From assembly GCA_964035545.1 (NCBI GenBank), contig OZ037771.1, forward strand, positions 15,595,289 through 15,659,288: a DNA stretch of 64,000 bases, written 5' to 3'. A program made the position numbers and the translations under genes. Below the pieces are notes generated by a model. That model was not told the origin of the DNA, searched no databases, and saw only the letters and a program-made list of their open reading frames with translations. How positions within the stretch are numbered: the first letter of the stretch is position 1; every line of letters begins with the position of its first letter. Origin of the DNA: Bugula neritina. Lineage: Eukaryota; Animalia; Bryozoa. Shown here one piece after another: positions 38,735 to 53,100 of the stretch.

Positions 38735-41700
38735 TCAGTCATCAGGCTGAGTCTCCATACAAGACTTCTGGTGGAATTCAACAAACTCATCCAGCATAAC
38801 AGGCCCTGCGATTGGATAAACAATTCAGAAATATATAACAGATACTGCAACTGGATAAAACAATTTAGGGACATGCACAATATACATCAGACTAGGACAT
38901 GGTTCAGACAATATAACACAACATAAAACAATATATAATGTAACATGACATAATATGACAAAACATGATATAATAATACATAATATAATATAATATAATA
39001 TAATACAATATAATATAATACAATATAACATAATACAATATTACATAATACAATGTAAAATAATATAATGCAATATAAATTTACTCACAAGCGCCATTGA
39101 CGTCATAATTAGAAAGATCTGGTTTTATTGTTTTACTAAACTCAAGGATATTATTCCACTGGTCACGATTCAGCACCTTGTAGCGGGAATTCTACAAATG
39201 AGAAACCACAGGCTACATATAACAGTGTCTTAGAATATAGTACCAATATATTTACAACTCTATAGAATATAGTACCAATATATTTACAACTCTATAGAAT
39301 ATAGTAACAGTATATTTACAACTCTATAGAATATAGTAACAATATATTTACAACTCTATAGAATATAGTAACAGTATATTTACAACTCTATAGAATATAG
39401 TACCAATATATTTACAACTCTATAGAATATAGTAACAGAGTAACGAGTCTGCACTCACATCAAGGAATGCTATAAACTCGGAAAGCAAAGCCCATCGAGT
39501 TCCAAAGATTAGCTTCAGCATGGCTTTACCCAACTCTATTTCAAGGTTGCGGTGTCCAGCTCCCTGGAGAATGCAGCACAACATAGAGAGGTTATAGATA
39601 TATATTATATAGATTATAGATATATATTATATAGGTTATAGATATATATTATATAGGTTATAGATATATATTATATAGGTTATAGATATATATTATATAG
39701 GTTATAGATATGTATTATATAGGTTATATATATATTATATAGGTTATAGATATGTATTATATAGGTTATAGATATGTATTATATAGTTTATAGATATATA
39801 TTATAGAAATATATTACATACCTTGGTGAAATCAAAACAGAACTGATATATAGATTTAAAGTGGGTTTCATTAATAAATAATTCTCTAAGACGAGGCAAC
39901 TTTCTTTTTAACTTCTCACAGTCGTCACATCTATAAAACAGCATGATAGATATATTATATCCGTAGCATCTCATCTATAAAACAGTATGATAAGATATAT
40001 AATATCAGTAGTATCACATCTATAAAACAGTATGATAGATATATTATATCCGTAGCATCTCATCTATAAAACAATATGATAGCCTCAGTTATACTCACTC
40101 CAAGTCGGCCATGCCATGCACCCACTCCGACTGCTTGAAAAAGCCGAGCTGGCCAGCGTTGAGTTTCCAGGCTAGGGCGAGCATCACGGTGTCTTCTGGA
40201 TCAATACTTATATCCTGGCAGAGTCTCTCTATCCCAGCTGGACCAATCACAGGCTCCCTAGCAGACGAGTTAGATGATTGGCTAAGAGGCAGCTTACCTG
40301 GAACTGGGAGAGAGCACATGGTGTATTCATTTATTATAAGTTAACATCACATCACAGATACATAGGAGATATAGCAGGATATGACATCACAGATACATAG
40401 GAGATATAGCAGGATATGACATCACAGATACATAGGAGATATAGCAGGATATGACATCACAGAAGAGAAGATGTGAATCAGCTAACCAGTGTAAGTGTTG
40501 AACCAGTTAATGCACTCGGCGGGAGAAAATGGCAGCTCATTCTTTAAATCGCCAACACGGAAACTACAAAATAACTTGAATATATATTATATAATAACTT
40601 GAATATATATTATATAATAACTTGTATATATATTATATAATAACTTGTACATATATTATATAATAACTTGTATATATATTATATAATAACTTGTACATAT
40701 ATTATATAATAACTTGTATATATATTATATAATAACTTGTACATATATTATATAATAACTTGTACATATATTATATAATAACTTGTACATATATTATATA
40801 ATAACTTGTACATATATTATATAATAACTTGTACATATATTATATAATAACTTGTATATATATTATATAATAACTTGTACATATATTATATAATAACTTG
40901 TATATATCATGTAATAACTTGTACATATATTATATAATAACTTGTATATATATTATATAATAACTTGTACATATATTATATAATAACTTGTATATATATT
41001 ATATAATAACTTGTACATATATTATATAATAACTTGTATATATATTATATAATAACTTGTATATATATTATATAATAACTTGTATATATATTATATAATA
41101 ACTTGTATATATATTATATAATAACTTGTACATATATTATATAATAACTTGTACATATATTATATAATAACTTGTACATATATTATATAATAACTTGTAC
41201 ATATATTATATAATAACTTGTACAAGTTATTATATAATAACTTGTACATATATTATATAATAACTTGTACATATATTATATAATAACTTGTACATATATT
41301 ATATAATAACTTGTACATATATTATATAATAACTTGTACATATATTATGTAATAACTTGTACATATATTATGTAATAACTTGTATATATATTATGTAATA
41401 ACTTGTACATATATTATATAATAACTTGTACATATATTATATAATAACTTGTACATATATTATATAATAACTTGTACATATATTATATAATAACTTGTAC
41501 ATATATTATATAATAACTTGTACATATATTATATAATAACTTGTACATATATTATGTAATAACTTGTATATATATTATGTAATAACTTGTATATATATTA
41601 TATAATAACTTGTACATATATTATATAATAACTTGTACATATATTATATAATAACTTGTACATATATTATATAATAACTTGTACATATATTATGTAATAA

Positions 41701-42097
41701 CTTGTATATATATTATGTAATAACTTGTACATATATTATATAATAACTTGTACATATATTATATAATAACTTGTACATATATTATATAATAACTTGTACA
41801 TATATTATGTAATAACTTGTATATATATTATGTAATAACTTGTACATATATTATGTAATAACTTGTATATATATTATGTAATAACTTGTACATATATTAT
41901 ATAATAACTTGTATATATATTATATAATAACTTGTATATATATTATGTAATAACTTGTAGATATATTATATAATAACTTGTATATATAAAGATGTAATTA
42001 CTGGCACATATCGGCATATAGTGACTTACTGCCCGTATTTGTTAATTCGACTTCTTTTTGCAGACTCAGTCCGACTCTGAGTCTTCCTCTTTTGCAT
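38735..42097 (-). CDS. DCUN1D4: DCN1-like protein (DCUN1D4/DCUN1D5 type; PONY / cullin-binding domain), ~245 aa
   Basis: 7 phase-consistent exons: 42030-42097, 40487-40563, 40099-40303, 39822-39930, 39459-39563, 39089-39191, 38735-38805. Motifs [89 protein letters not shown]. Basic N-terminus with no UBA domain. D4 vs D5 cannot be resolved. Confidence 0.9.
40569..41988. repeat. 23-bp AT-rich minisatellite x~62 filling intron 40564-42029
   Basis: (aataacttgtacatatattatat)n. Confidence 0.96.
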
Positions 42098-44165
42098 TTT
42101 GTTTCGGGTCAGACGTCTTAAACGTAACTTGCCTTTGTAGAGTTGCACTGCAATTCTAAAAACTAACCTGCAATATAAATTAAGCATGCAAAGAAAAAAC
42201 ATTTAGCATCATTTATCACGATTCACTAGTACGAGTACATAGCAGCGGGAAATTCTAATATACAGCATATAAGTACACATAAATATTGAAGATGTTGCTG
42301 AATAAACTAGGATAAATTGATAAATTGTAGCCACTTTGAGTTTTAAGTAAAAATTGTATTTATTAACAGAACACTTTTATATAATCTTCATAAAAGAGCT
42401 ATTAAGCTTAATTCTGAATTGAAATGAAGTTCTGAATATTAATTCTTCTACATAAATCGTTAGCTACATCCGAAAATAGATGCTAATTCTTGTGTGGCGA
42501 CAATCTTCGTGCATATTAGAGTATGGTCATTCACTATCACTATGAATATGGCTATGAATGATATATTAACTTAGTTTCATCGATCTCCATATTGAAATTA
42601 TTGACATCCATATTGAATCAGAATGTGATATTGATATTATAATTATCATTATCAAAATTACATTAATTTCAAATGTAATTACCGTTATAAATATAATATT
42701 ATTTTTCTGATTTAATTTTATATTCATTAGGACAGCAACAATATGAATAATCATAATGAATATATTATCATTTACTTATTACTATTGATAAACTTAAAGT
42801 TCAAAGTGATCTGATCTGAAAAGTAAATATCAGTAAGAGTAATCATTGGTGACTGATGCTTGAATATTAATATAAATAAGAACTTTAGAAATATTTATAA
42901 ATAATAAATCATTAACTTTGTGAAAAACATAACTGTTGCGATTATCATTTTGATTTTAACTTCTACTTTAAAAGTTAGATGGTCAGTATCCGTATGATTA
43001 AATTTAAATAATACAATAACTATAATAATAAGATTAGGTATTATTTGATATTTTCTATTTAGTTTAGTGTAACAGCAACTTTTAATTTGTGTTTTAATTT
43101 AAATATTTTAAAATTTAATTTCATGTTTTAAAATTTATAATATTAATTATATCCTTTTACAATTTAAACTGAATGACAATTACCTATAATCAAAAAGTCA
43201 GCAGGTCATTTCACAAATTATTTTTTTTTTACAAATATTGGGGAAATGTTGATAGCATCTAGGCTCTAGCAATTAATTAGGATCCGCATAGTTTATGTAA
43301 AACTGTCTATTCAGCCATGATGATGATACAGTGGTGGAATTGAGCAATCCCACTCGCAATTTTTGTTAACAAATGTTTTAAATGTCATCGCTAACATTAA
43401 ACTCTTTTACTTTCTAGTCTTTTAGTATAGGAGCAACTATTCGTTAATAGCTGTTTCCGCGAAATCACAACCAATTAAAATCATAGAGACAAAGTCGTCC
43501 GCATACCAAAGAAAGTGTTCATTGACGACGCGTTATTCGTTGTTGAAATATGATCAAATTCGCACTGAATGATTACGATATAGTTATCTATCTGTAGTGG
43601 ATGGAATATTTTAGCAAAAATAGGTAAAACATATTAGATTAGCAGTTTCTGAATTAATTATATTTATAATAATGATATTTGAATAGTATCAGAGTGATAA
43701 GGTCAGTATCATTAACAATCTAAGTCTTAGTCTAACAGTAACACTAACACTCAGTTACTAACAAGTAACAGTGAGTGTGACTGTGACTGAGTTACACTGA
43801 CACTAACCAGTAACTGTAAAATATAAGCGTAACTCTACGAGTAACAGTAAGGGCAAGAGTAAGTCATAAACCTAAAGACTACTTAGCACTTTGGTGTCAT
43901 TTCAATTTACAATCAGTTGTGCATTAAGCACTAGCAGTAGCAGTACTCATACTGAAAATGTACACGCAGTAAAATAAATGTATTAGTTATACTTATAATA
44001 TGTTAATCACTATCAGTTAATGGTACTCATAAAGTTGAATCAGACAGTGTATCACATGTAAGTTTTCAGAGGATTCAAAAGCTTAATTGCGAAACGATAA
44101 CTCTAAGTTGTGCAGGTGTTAATAAAACTGTTTTACTTATTCATTCTTACTTTCATATTGTAGAA

Positions 44166-47100
44166 ATGCCTGTTGGTGATTCCAGAAAAGATTATATTTT
44201 ATCCACACTAGGTGGACATTATTCTTTGTCTTCATCAGAAATTGAGGTGCTTGGGCTTCATGATGAAAAAGCTCTAAACTCGTTCTTAGATGATGGAAAC
44301 ACCACCTCACTATGTGTCAATGCAGTACAAAACGGAAAGGAAAAAGTCATAAAACTGTCAAATAAGGTGAACTAGTTACGTAATGACCTGCTAACAGAAA
44401 GTACAATAATGGTTTAATAGACAATAACCTTTTACTACTTTGTCATTTGTTTTATTTAGATTGAAGCAAACGGTGCACAGGAAACAGTTGTGTTTTTTAA
44501 AACTAAGCCGGCTGTAATTACACCAGACAACCTGCACAGGGATATCTCTGTCTCCACACTGTCACAGTCTCCAGTCGATGCCCTCTACCATTCAGTTCAG
44601 AAAGTGTTCGCTCCGTTACTGCTTAAGGTGAGCCTTAAAAGTACTAGTTGGCTACTGTTACTGATATATAGTCAGTTAACAGTACTAGTTCACTACTGCT
44701 ACTAGTATATAGTCAGTTAGTAGTACTAGTTCACTACTGCTACTAGTATATAGTCAGTTAGTAGTACTAGTTGACTACTGCTACTAGTATATAGTCAGTT
44801 AGTAGTACTAGTTGACTACTGTTCACTTGTGTAGGATGAGAGTCTAGACCCAAAGCTACAGACACTGTTAGGAGAACTAGAGAAAGGACTTGGCAGTGTC
44901 ATCAGGAAGCAGCGGAATGACAACTCCCACAACCGGGGAAGTGATGCGGATGACTCGCTCTCAGGTAAAGATTGTTTCTAAAGCGCTCAGTTTGACTATC
45001 ACTCAGTCTGAATATCACTCAGTCTGAATATCACTCAGTCTGACTATCACTCAGTCTGACTATCACTCAGTCTGACTATCACTCAGTGTGATTATCACTC
45101 AGTCTGACTATCACTCAGTCTGACTATCACTCAGTCTGAATATCACTCAGTCTGACTATCACTCAGTCTGACTATCACTCAGTCTGACTATCACTCAGTC
45201 TGACTATCACTCAGTCTGAATATCACTCAGTGTGAATATCACTCAGTCTGACCATCACTCAGTCTGAATATCACTCAGTCTGACTATCACTCAGTCTGAC
45301 TATCACTCAGTCTGACTATCACTCAGTCTGACTATCACTCAGTCTGAATATCACTCAGTGTGAATATCACTCAGTCTGACCATCACTCAGTCTGAATATC
45401 ACTCAGTCTGACTATCACTCAGTCTGACTATCACTTAGTCTGACTATCACTCAGTCTGACTATCACTTAGTCTGACTATCACTCAGTCTGAATATCACTC
45501 AGTCTGAAGCATTTCACTGTAAAGATAACTCCAAGTCTTGACCAAGATTAGGTATAAAAACAAGCATGTGGAAACAGGTCTCTATGACCACTATAGAGGT
45601 TAACATGACCACTATAGGGGTTACTATGACTACTTTAAGGGTTACTATGACTACTCTAAGGGTTACTATGACTACTCTAAGGGTTACTATGACCACTATA
45701 GGGGTTAGTATGACCATTATAGAGGTTACTATAGGGACTGTCTAGTAAATATGGGAGTTGCTTTTTCATATCTATTAAGAGTTGCTATACCTTCTATAAA
45801 AGCAATACATTGTGTCTGAGTATGCATTGCTAGCACCAGCTATATTATTACTATTAGCTGTGTCTCTATAAGTACTATATATGTTGCTATAAATACTATA
45901 CATGTTGCTACTAATAGCGGATGTGTTACTATAAATATTATATATGTTATGAACTATTGATTTGTGCAGGTATTCTGGTACCTAGTGACGAGTTTGAGTA
46001 TTGGGTGGAGTTGTCTAACTCTGGCAACAAACTGGATGTGAAAGAGAGAGCCCAAGCCTTCTCCGACACCTTCCACCAGATAAGCAAGGACTTTGTTAAC
46101 TTGAATGGCCTTGAGGTGATGGACGTGCTGGAGGTGGTGGAGGTGTGTCAGGACACGCTAGACGAGGTCTGGAGACAGACAGAACACAAGGAGTACCCTG
46201 AGCACCGGATGAGACATCTACTGGGTGTTATTGGTGGGTAGAGATCAATGTTCTTATGTATTATGTTAGTAGACACGAATAGAGATCAATTCTACTGTGT
46301 ATTATGTTAGTAGACACAAATAGAGATCAATTTTACTATGTATTATGTTAGTAGACACGAATAGAGATCAATTTTACTATTGTCTATAACATACAGATGG
46401 AGCGCTGTGTCGGTACATCCAGAAACATTTGGCCAATGAAAACTTTTGGCATGGTGCCTACGCACAGGTGAAGGAGAAGCTACGACTCAGCATATCACTC
46501 TGTGAGAGATGGTCTAGTGTGTGCCAACAGCTGACAACCCACTTCTGGAAGAGATATGCTCCTCACCCCTGGAAAGGGACGGTGTTTGTCCCTCCAGTGG
46601 TGGGCAGTCTTAACACTCGACTCGCAGAGGTGAAGGTCATCCTCACTTAGTTTTAATAATTACTTGCGTTAGAATTACATCTAACCAATACTTAAATAAA
46701 GCAATAATGTATACTTTATTCTAACCATAGTGTATCATAGCAACAGTGTGTATTATAGCAACAGAGTGTATCATAGCAGCAGTGTGTATCATAGCAACAG
46801 TGTGTATCATAGCAAAAGTGTATCATAGCAACAGTGTGTGTCGTAGCAACAGTGTGTATCATAGCAACAGTGTGTATCATAGCAACAGTGTGTATCATAG
46901 CAACAGTGTGTATCATAGCAACAGTACATATAGCAACAGTTTATTTATAATGCCTCTGCTGTAGATATTAAGCATCAGGTCTGTGTTTGAACAACTGATG
47001 AGATTGCTGCCGTCTGCTGAACAAGCAGAGCTGAGAGCAGCAGACGGTTTCTCACCTTTTGCTTCAGTCTCTCCTCTCCAGTTTAACCCGTACACTCAAC

Positions 47101-50100
47101 CCTTGTGGAATGCTGCCGTAGCTCAGCACCAGAAAGCCATGCTGCCGGCTGAACAGAAGATTGCATCTAAACTGAGGCAGAAGTTTAGACAGATTGGCAG
47201 CAACAGTCAGCAGGTCAGTGCAAGCTCCTCGGCACCTGTCACTTCCTGACACCTGTCACTCCTTGGCACCTGTCACTTCTTGACACCTGTCACACCTTGA
47301 CACCTGTCACTTCTTGACACCTGTCACTCATTGACACCTGTCACTCATTGACACCTGTCACTTCTTGACACCTGTCACTCATTGACACCTGTCACACCTT
47401 GACACCTTTCACTTCTTGACACCTGTCACTCCTCGGCACCTGTCACTTCTTGACACCTGTCACTCCTTGACACCTGTCACTTCCTGACACCTGTCACACC
47501 TTGACACCTGTCACTTCTTGACACCTGTCACTCATTGACACCTGTCACTTCTTGACACCTGTCACTCATTGACACCTGTCACACCTTGACACCTTTCACT
47601 TCTTGACACCTGTCATTCCTCGGCACCTGTCACTTCTTGACACCTGTCACTCCTTGACGCCTGTCACTCCTTGACAGCAGCCACACCTGTCACACCTTGA
47701 CACCTGTCAATCAAACAGGCTGTTATCATAACCTTCAACTCCTACTAGATAGACATACTGAATATTTCAGCTGCTGAGAGAGTTTCAGAGGTATAAAGAG
47801 CTGATAAAGAGGTCTATTATAAGTCGTGAGTTGGTGACGGAGAGAGAAACCCTCCTCGGCCAACTGACTGTTCTCATCAGACAGATGCAGGATGACTTTA
47901 ACCAGCGAGTTTCTGGAGCCAAAGAGACGCCTAAAGGGAAGAATTTACCCGAAGTTGTGAATGCAATAGTCTGGGTTCGTCAGCTTGAGGCTAAGGTGAG
48001 CCTGAACTGTATGCTATCACAGTACGTATCATACTACTGTATATATATAATACTATATATTATATATAATACTGTATGCTATCACAGTACGTATCATACT
48101 ACTGTATATATATAATACTATATATATAATACTGTGTATATATATATATATATAGTATTATATATATATATATATATAATACTATATATATATATAATAC
48201 TGTATGCTATCACAGTACGTATCATACTACTGTGTATATATAATACTATATATATAATACTGTGTATATAATACTGTGTATATATTATAGTGTATATAAT
48301 ACTGTATATATAATACTGTATATATAATACTATATATATAGTACTGTATATATAACACTGTGTATAATATACTGTATATTATATTGTATATAATACTGTA
48401 TATATGATACTGTATATAATACTATATATAATACTGTGTATACAATACTGTGTATATAATACTATATATATAGTACTGTATATATAACACTGTGTAGATT
48501 GAGGATATTGTGAGTTTGGCCAAGTCAATGCTGGATGACCTCTCAGGATACGAGAGGTTTGGGTCAGACACACAAGGACTACACGCTGAGTTGCAGAGTT
48601 GGAGGAAAGAGCAGTTTGATGATTGGTGTCGGGATATGCAGACCTCCATAGACGACTCGGAGAACCCGCTGAGGTTAGTAGTTTGAGTTATGAGTAGTTA
48701 GTGTGAGTTATGAGTAGTTAGTGTGAGTTATGAGTAGTTAGTATTAGTGATGAGTAGGTAATGCTGCTGCATGCATCTTGAAGCCTGGAGACCCATGGCA
48801 AGCTGATGGAGTTGAACCACTCAGACGGAAAGCTGCAAGTGAACTACGGAGACCGTCTGGTTACTCTTCTGCGTGAGGTGAGACAGCTGACTGCCATGGG
48901 ATTCAATATACCTGCCAAGATACAGCACACGGCGCACACAGCCCAGAAGTTCTATAGACACGGGGTTATCCTTAAACAGGTGCGTAGAATATATAGATAT
49001 AGCTAGTAGATATAGACAGCTGGTAGATATAGACAGCTAGTAGATGTAGGCAGCTAGTAGATGTAGACAGCTAGTAGATGTAGACAGCTAGTAGATATAG
49101 TCAGCTAGTAGATATAGACAGCTAGTAGATATAGACAGCTAGTAGATATAGACAGCTATTAGATATAGGCAGCTAGTAGATGTAGACAGCTAGTAGATGT
49201 AGACAGCTAGTAGATATAGTCAGCTAGTAGATATAGACAGCTAGTAGATATAGACAGCTAGTAGATGTAGACAGCTGGTAGATATAGACAGCTAGTAGAT
49301 ATAGACAGCTGGTAGATATAGACAGCTGGTAGATATAGACAGCTGGTAGATGTAGACAGCTAGTAGATATAGCCTATGTACCAAGGAAGTTGTATATTTG
49401 TAGGTGGCCCATTTCTACAACACAATAGATCAGCAGATGATTCCAAGTCAACAGGCTATGATGTTAGACAGTGCTCTGGCCTTTGAGAGGCTCGTCAAGA
49501 ACCCAAAGTCTGGTTAGTATATAATATAATACATATACTAGCATATAATATAATACATATACTAGCATATAATATAATACATATACTAGCATATAATATA
49601 ATACATATACTAGCATATAATATAATACATATACTAGCATATAATATAATACATATACTAGCATATAATATAATACATATACTAGCATATAATATAATAC
49701 ATATACTAGTATATAATATAATACATATACTAGCATATAATACATATACTAGCATATAATATAATACATATACTAGCATATAGTATAATACATATACTAG
49801 CATATAATATAATACATATACTAGCATATAATATAATACATATACTAGCATATAATATAATACATATACTAGCATATAATATAATACATATACTAGCATA
49901 TAATATAATACATATACTAGCATATAATATAATACATATACTAGCATATAATATAATACATATACTAGTATATAATATAATACATATACTAGCATATAAT
50001 ACATATACTAGCATATAATATAATACATATACTAAGATAATATAATATATATATACTATGTAGCACTGCACATGGTGTAACACAGTACCTGGTGTGTTAG

Positions 50101-53100
50101 GCTATATACTTGTGTATTAGGCTCGAAGACGAAAGGAGATGACATCACGGTGACGTGGGACAAACCGGAAGAGCTGGAGGCGTACATCGTGAAGCTGCAG
50201 GCGGCAGCGGACAGACTGACCAGTGAGAACAGACGCCTGAGGAAGAGTCACCAGGTGATACAGGACAAGGTGGTGCAGCTGATGGGAGTTGACCTGCTGC
50301 GGCATCAGGTCAAGTGGAAGGAGGGGCTGATGGAGATCCGCCACCACATGGCAGCGCTGAGTCAGCAGGGGTTTAGCTCGAGCAACATGAAGCCGTGGAG
50401 AGCTCACTGGGACAGGCAGCTGTATAAGGTGAGTAACACACTACATACCTAGTGCTGTTATATAGTATACTGTGCTATAGCGTGTTGTTGTATTATATAG
50501 TATGCTGTGCTATAGCGTGTTATTGTATTATATAGTATACTGTGCTATAGCGTGTTATTGTATTATATAGTATGCTGTGCTATAGTGTGTTATTGTATTA
50601 TATAGTACACTGTGCTATAGCGTGTTGTTGTATTATATAGTATACTATGCTATAGTGTGTTGTTGTATTATATAGTATATTGTGCTATAGGCTCTGGAAC
50701 ACCAGTATCAAATGGGACTGGAGGCTCTGAATGAGAACTTGCCGGAAATAAGTGTTGAACTCACATTCAGGTACATGTTGTAGGACACACTGTAGTATGT
50801 GTAGTATACACTGTAGTGAGTGTAGTATACACTGTAGTGAGTGTAGTATACACTGTAGTATGTGTAGTACACACTGTAGTGAGTGTAGTATACACTGTAG
50901 TGAGTGTAGTATACACTGTAGTGAGTGTAGTATACACTGTAGTGAGTGTAGTATACACTGTAGCGAGTGTAGTACACACTGTAGTGAGTGTAGTATACAC
51001 TGTAGTGAGTGTAGTATACACTGTAGTAGTGTAGTATACACTGTAGTGCGTGTAGTACACACTGTAGTGAGTGTAGTACACACTGTAGTGAGTGTAGTAT
51101 ACACTGTAGTGAGTGTAGTATACACTGTAGTGAGTGTAGTATACACTGTAGTATGTGTAGTACACACTGTAGTGAGTGTAGTATACACTGTAGTGAGTGT
51201 AGTATACACTGTAGTGAGTGTAGTATACACTGTAGTGAGTGTAGTATACACTGTAGCGAGTGTAGTACACACTGTAGTGAGTGTAGTATACACTGTAGTG
51301 AGTGTAGTATACACTGTAGTAGTGTAGTATACACTGTAGTGCGTGTAGTACACACTGTAGTGAGTGTAGTACACACTGTAGTGAGTGTAGTACACACTGT
51401 AGTGAGTGTAGTACACACTGTAGCGAGTGTAGTACACACTGTAGTGAGTGTAGTACACACTGTAGTATATATATTTATCTCTTAGACAAGGCAAGCTGCA
51501 GTTTAAACCGGCTTTTGAGGAGATTAAAGCGAAATACTTCAGAGAAATGAAGAAGTTCATCAGCATTCCAAATCACTTTAGAGGGGTGGGGGAGGACGGC
51601 CCCTCAATATTTCCTGCCATCATTGAAAGTAATGCCGGAGCCTTCAGTACATGCTACGCTAAGGCTAATCTTCTTTTCAAAAGACTTTACAATGCCCAGA
51701 ATCAGTTCAAGGTCAGTTATATTATTCAGTCACATGACATAGTCACATGATACAGTCATTTTATTCAGTCACATGACATAGTCCTTTTATTTAATCACAT
51801 GACACAGTCACATGACACAGTCACATGATGCAGTTACATGATATAATCACATGACACAGTCCCTTTATTCAGTCACATGATATAGTCACATGATATAGTC
51901 ACATGATATAATCACATGACATAGTCACATGATCTAGTTACATGACACAGTCACATGATATAGTCACATGACATAGTCACATGTTATAGTCACATTACAT
52001 AGTAACACATGATACAGTCATGTGTTACTATGTAATGTGTGCTGCATTGTTCTAGATAGACTATAAGTTTGTTCTAGATAGATTATAAGTTTGTTCTAGA
52101 TAGACTATAAGATTGTTCTAGATAGACAATAAGTTTGTTCTAGATAGACTATAAGTGTGTTCTAGATAGACTATAAGATTGTTCTAGATAGACAATAAGT
52201 GTGTTCTAGATAGACTATAAGTGTGTTCTAGATAGACTATAAGTGTGTTCTAGATAGACTATAAGTGTGTTCTAGATAGACTATAAGTGTGTTCTAGATA
52301 GACTATAAGTGTGTTCTAGATAGACTATAAGTGTGTAGTATTTCTGTACAGGAATGGGTTGTGTTTGGTTCGATTGACCTGGAGGAGTTTGTATCGGCTA
52401 ATCTCAAAGAGCTTGCTGACTGGGAGAAGAACTTTAAAGCCTTGAAATCCAGAGGAAGAGATGCTGAGAAGCTACCAAGGTAGGAATACAGTGGTAGTGT
52501 GTAGTGTGTGTAGCACACAGTACATGTTACTGATACCATGATGTAGTGTGTAGACTGTAGTACAGGTTTCTAGTAGAGACTGTAATACAAGTGTCTAATG
52601 TGTGTCCTATACTCGCAGCGAGGTGAAGGTCGACTGTATCACAGTGAACACTCTACCCGTCAAGACATACATTGATGATCTCATTCAGAGGCTGTTTGAC
52701 GCTCTCCTGTCCACATTACGCAAAGCCATCACTGCGGATGTCACTGCTATAGACACCTTTGTCAGCGAGGCCATTGAAACCCTTTCTACCAGACCCCAGA
52801 CGGTTGAAGAAATTGGTGAAGCTAGCGTCAAACACGCCGAGTTTGCCAAAAGAAAGAAAGAGGTGAGCTTCTTTCATAAACTAGAAATCAATCAACTGAA
52901 CTGTGAAACTTCTCTGCCAGTGTAACAACTGCCTGTTTGCAGGGAGGAGTTAGTAATGTGTTTAGGGAGGAGTTAGTAGTGTGTTTAGGGAGGAGTTAGT
53001 AGTGTGTTTAGGGAGGAGTTAGTAGTGTGTTTAGGGAGGAGTTAGTAGTGTGTTTAAGGAGGAGTTAGTAGTGTATTTAGGGAGGAGTTAGTAGTGTGTT

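Noticed and set aside
42100-44165. RFX X-box expected upstream of a ciliary gene
   Set aside because: Only half-sites (e.g. AGCAAC) were seen; no full GTTNCC-N(0-3)-RGYAAC match by eye.
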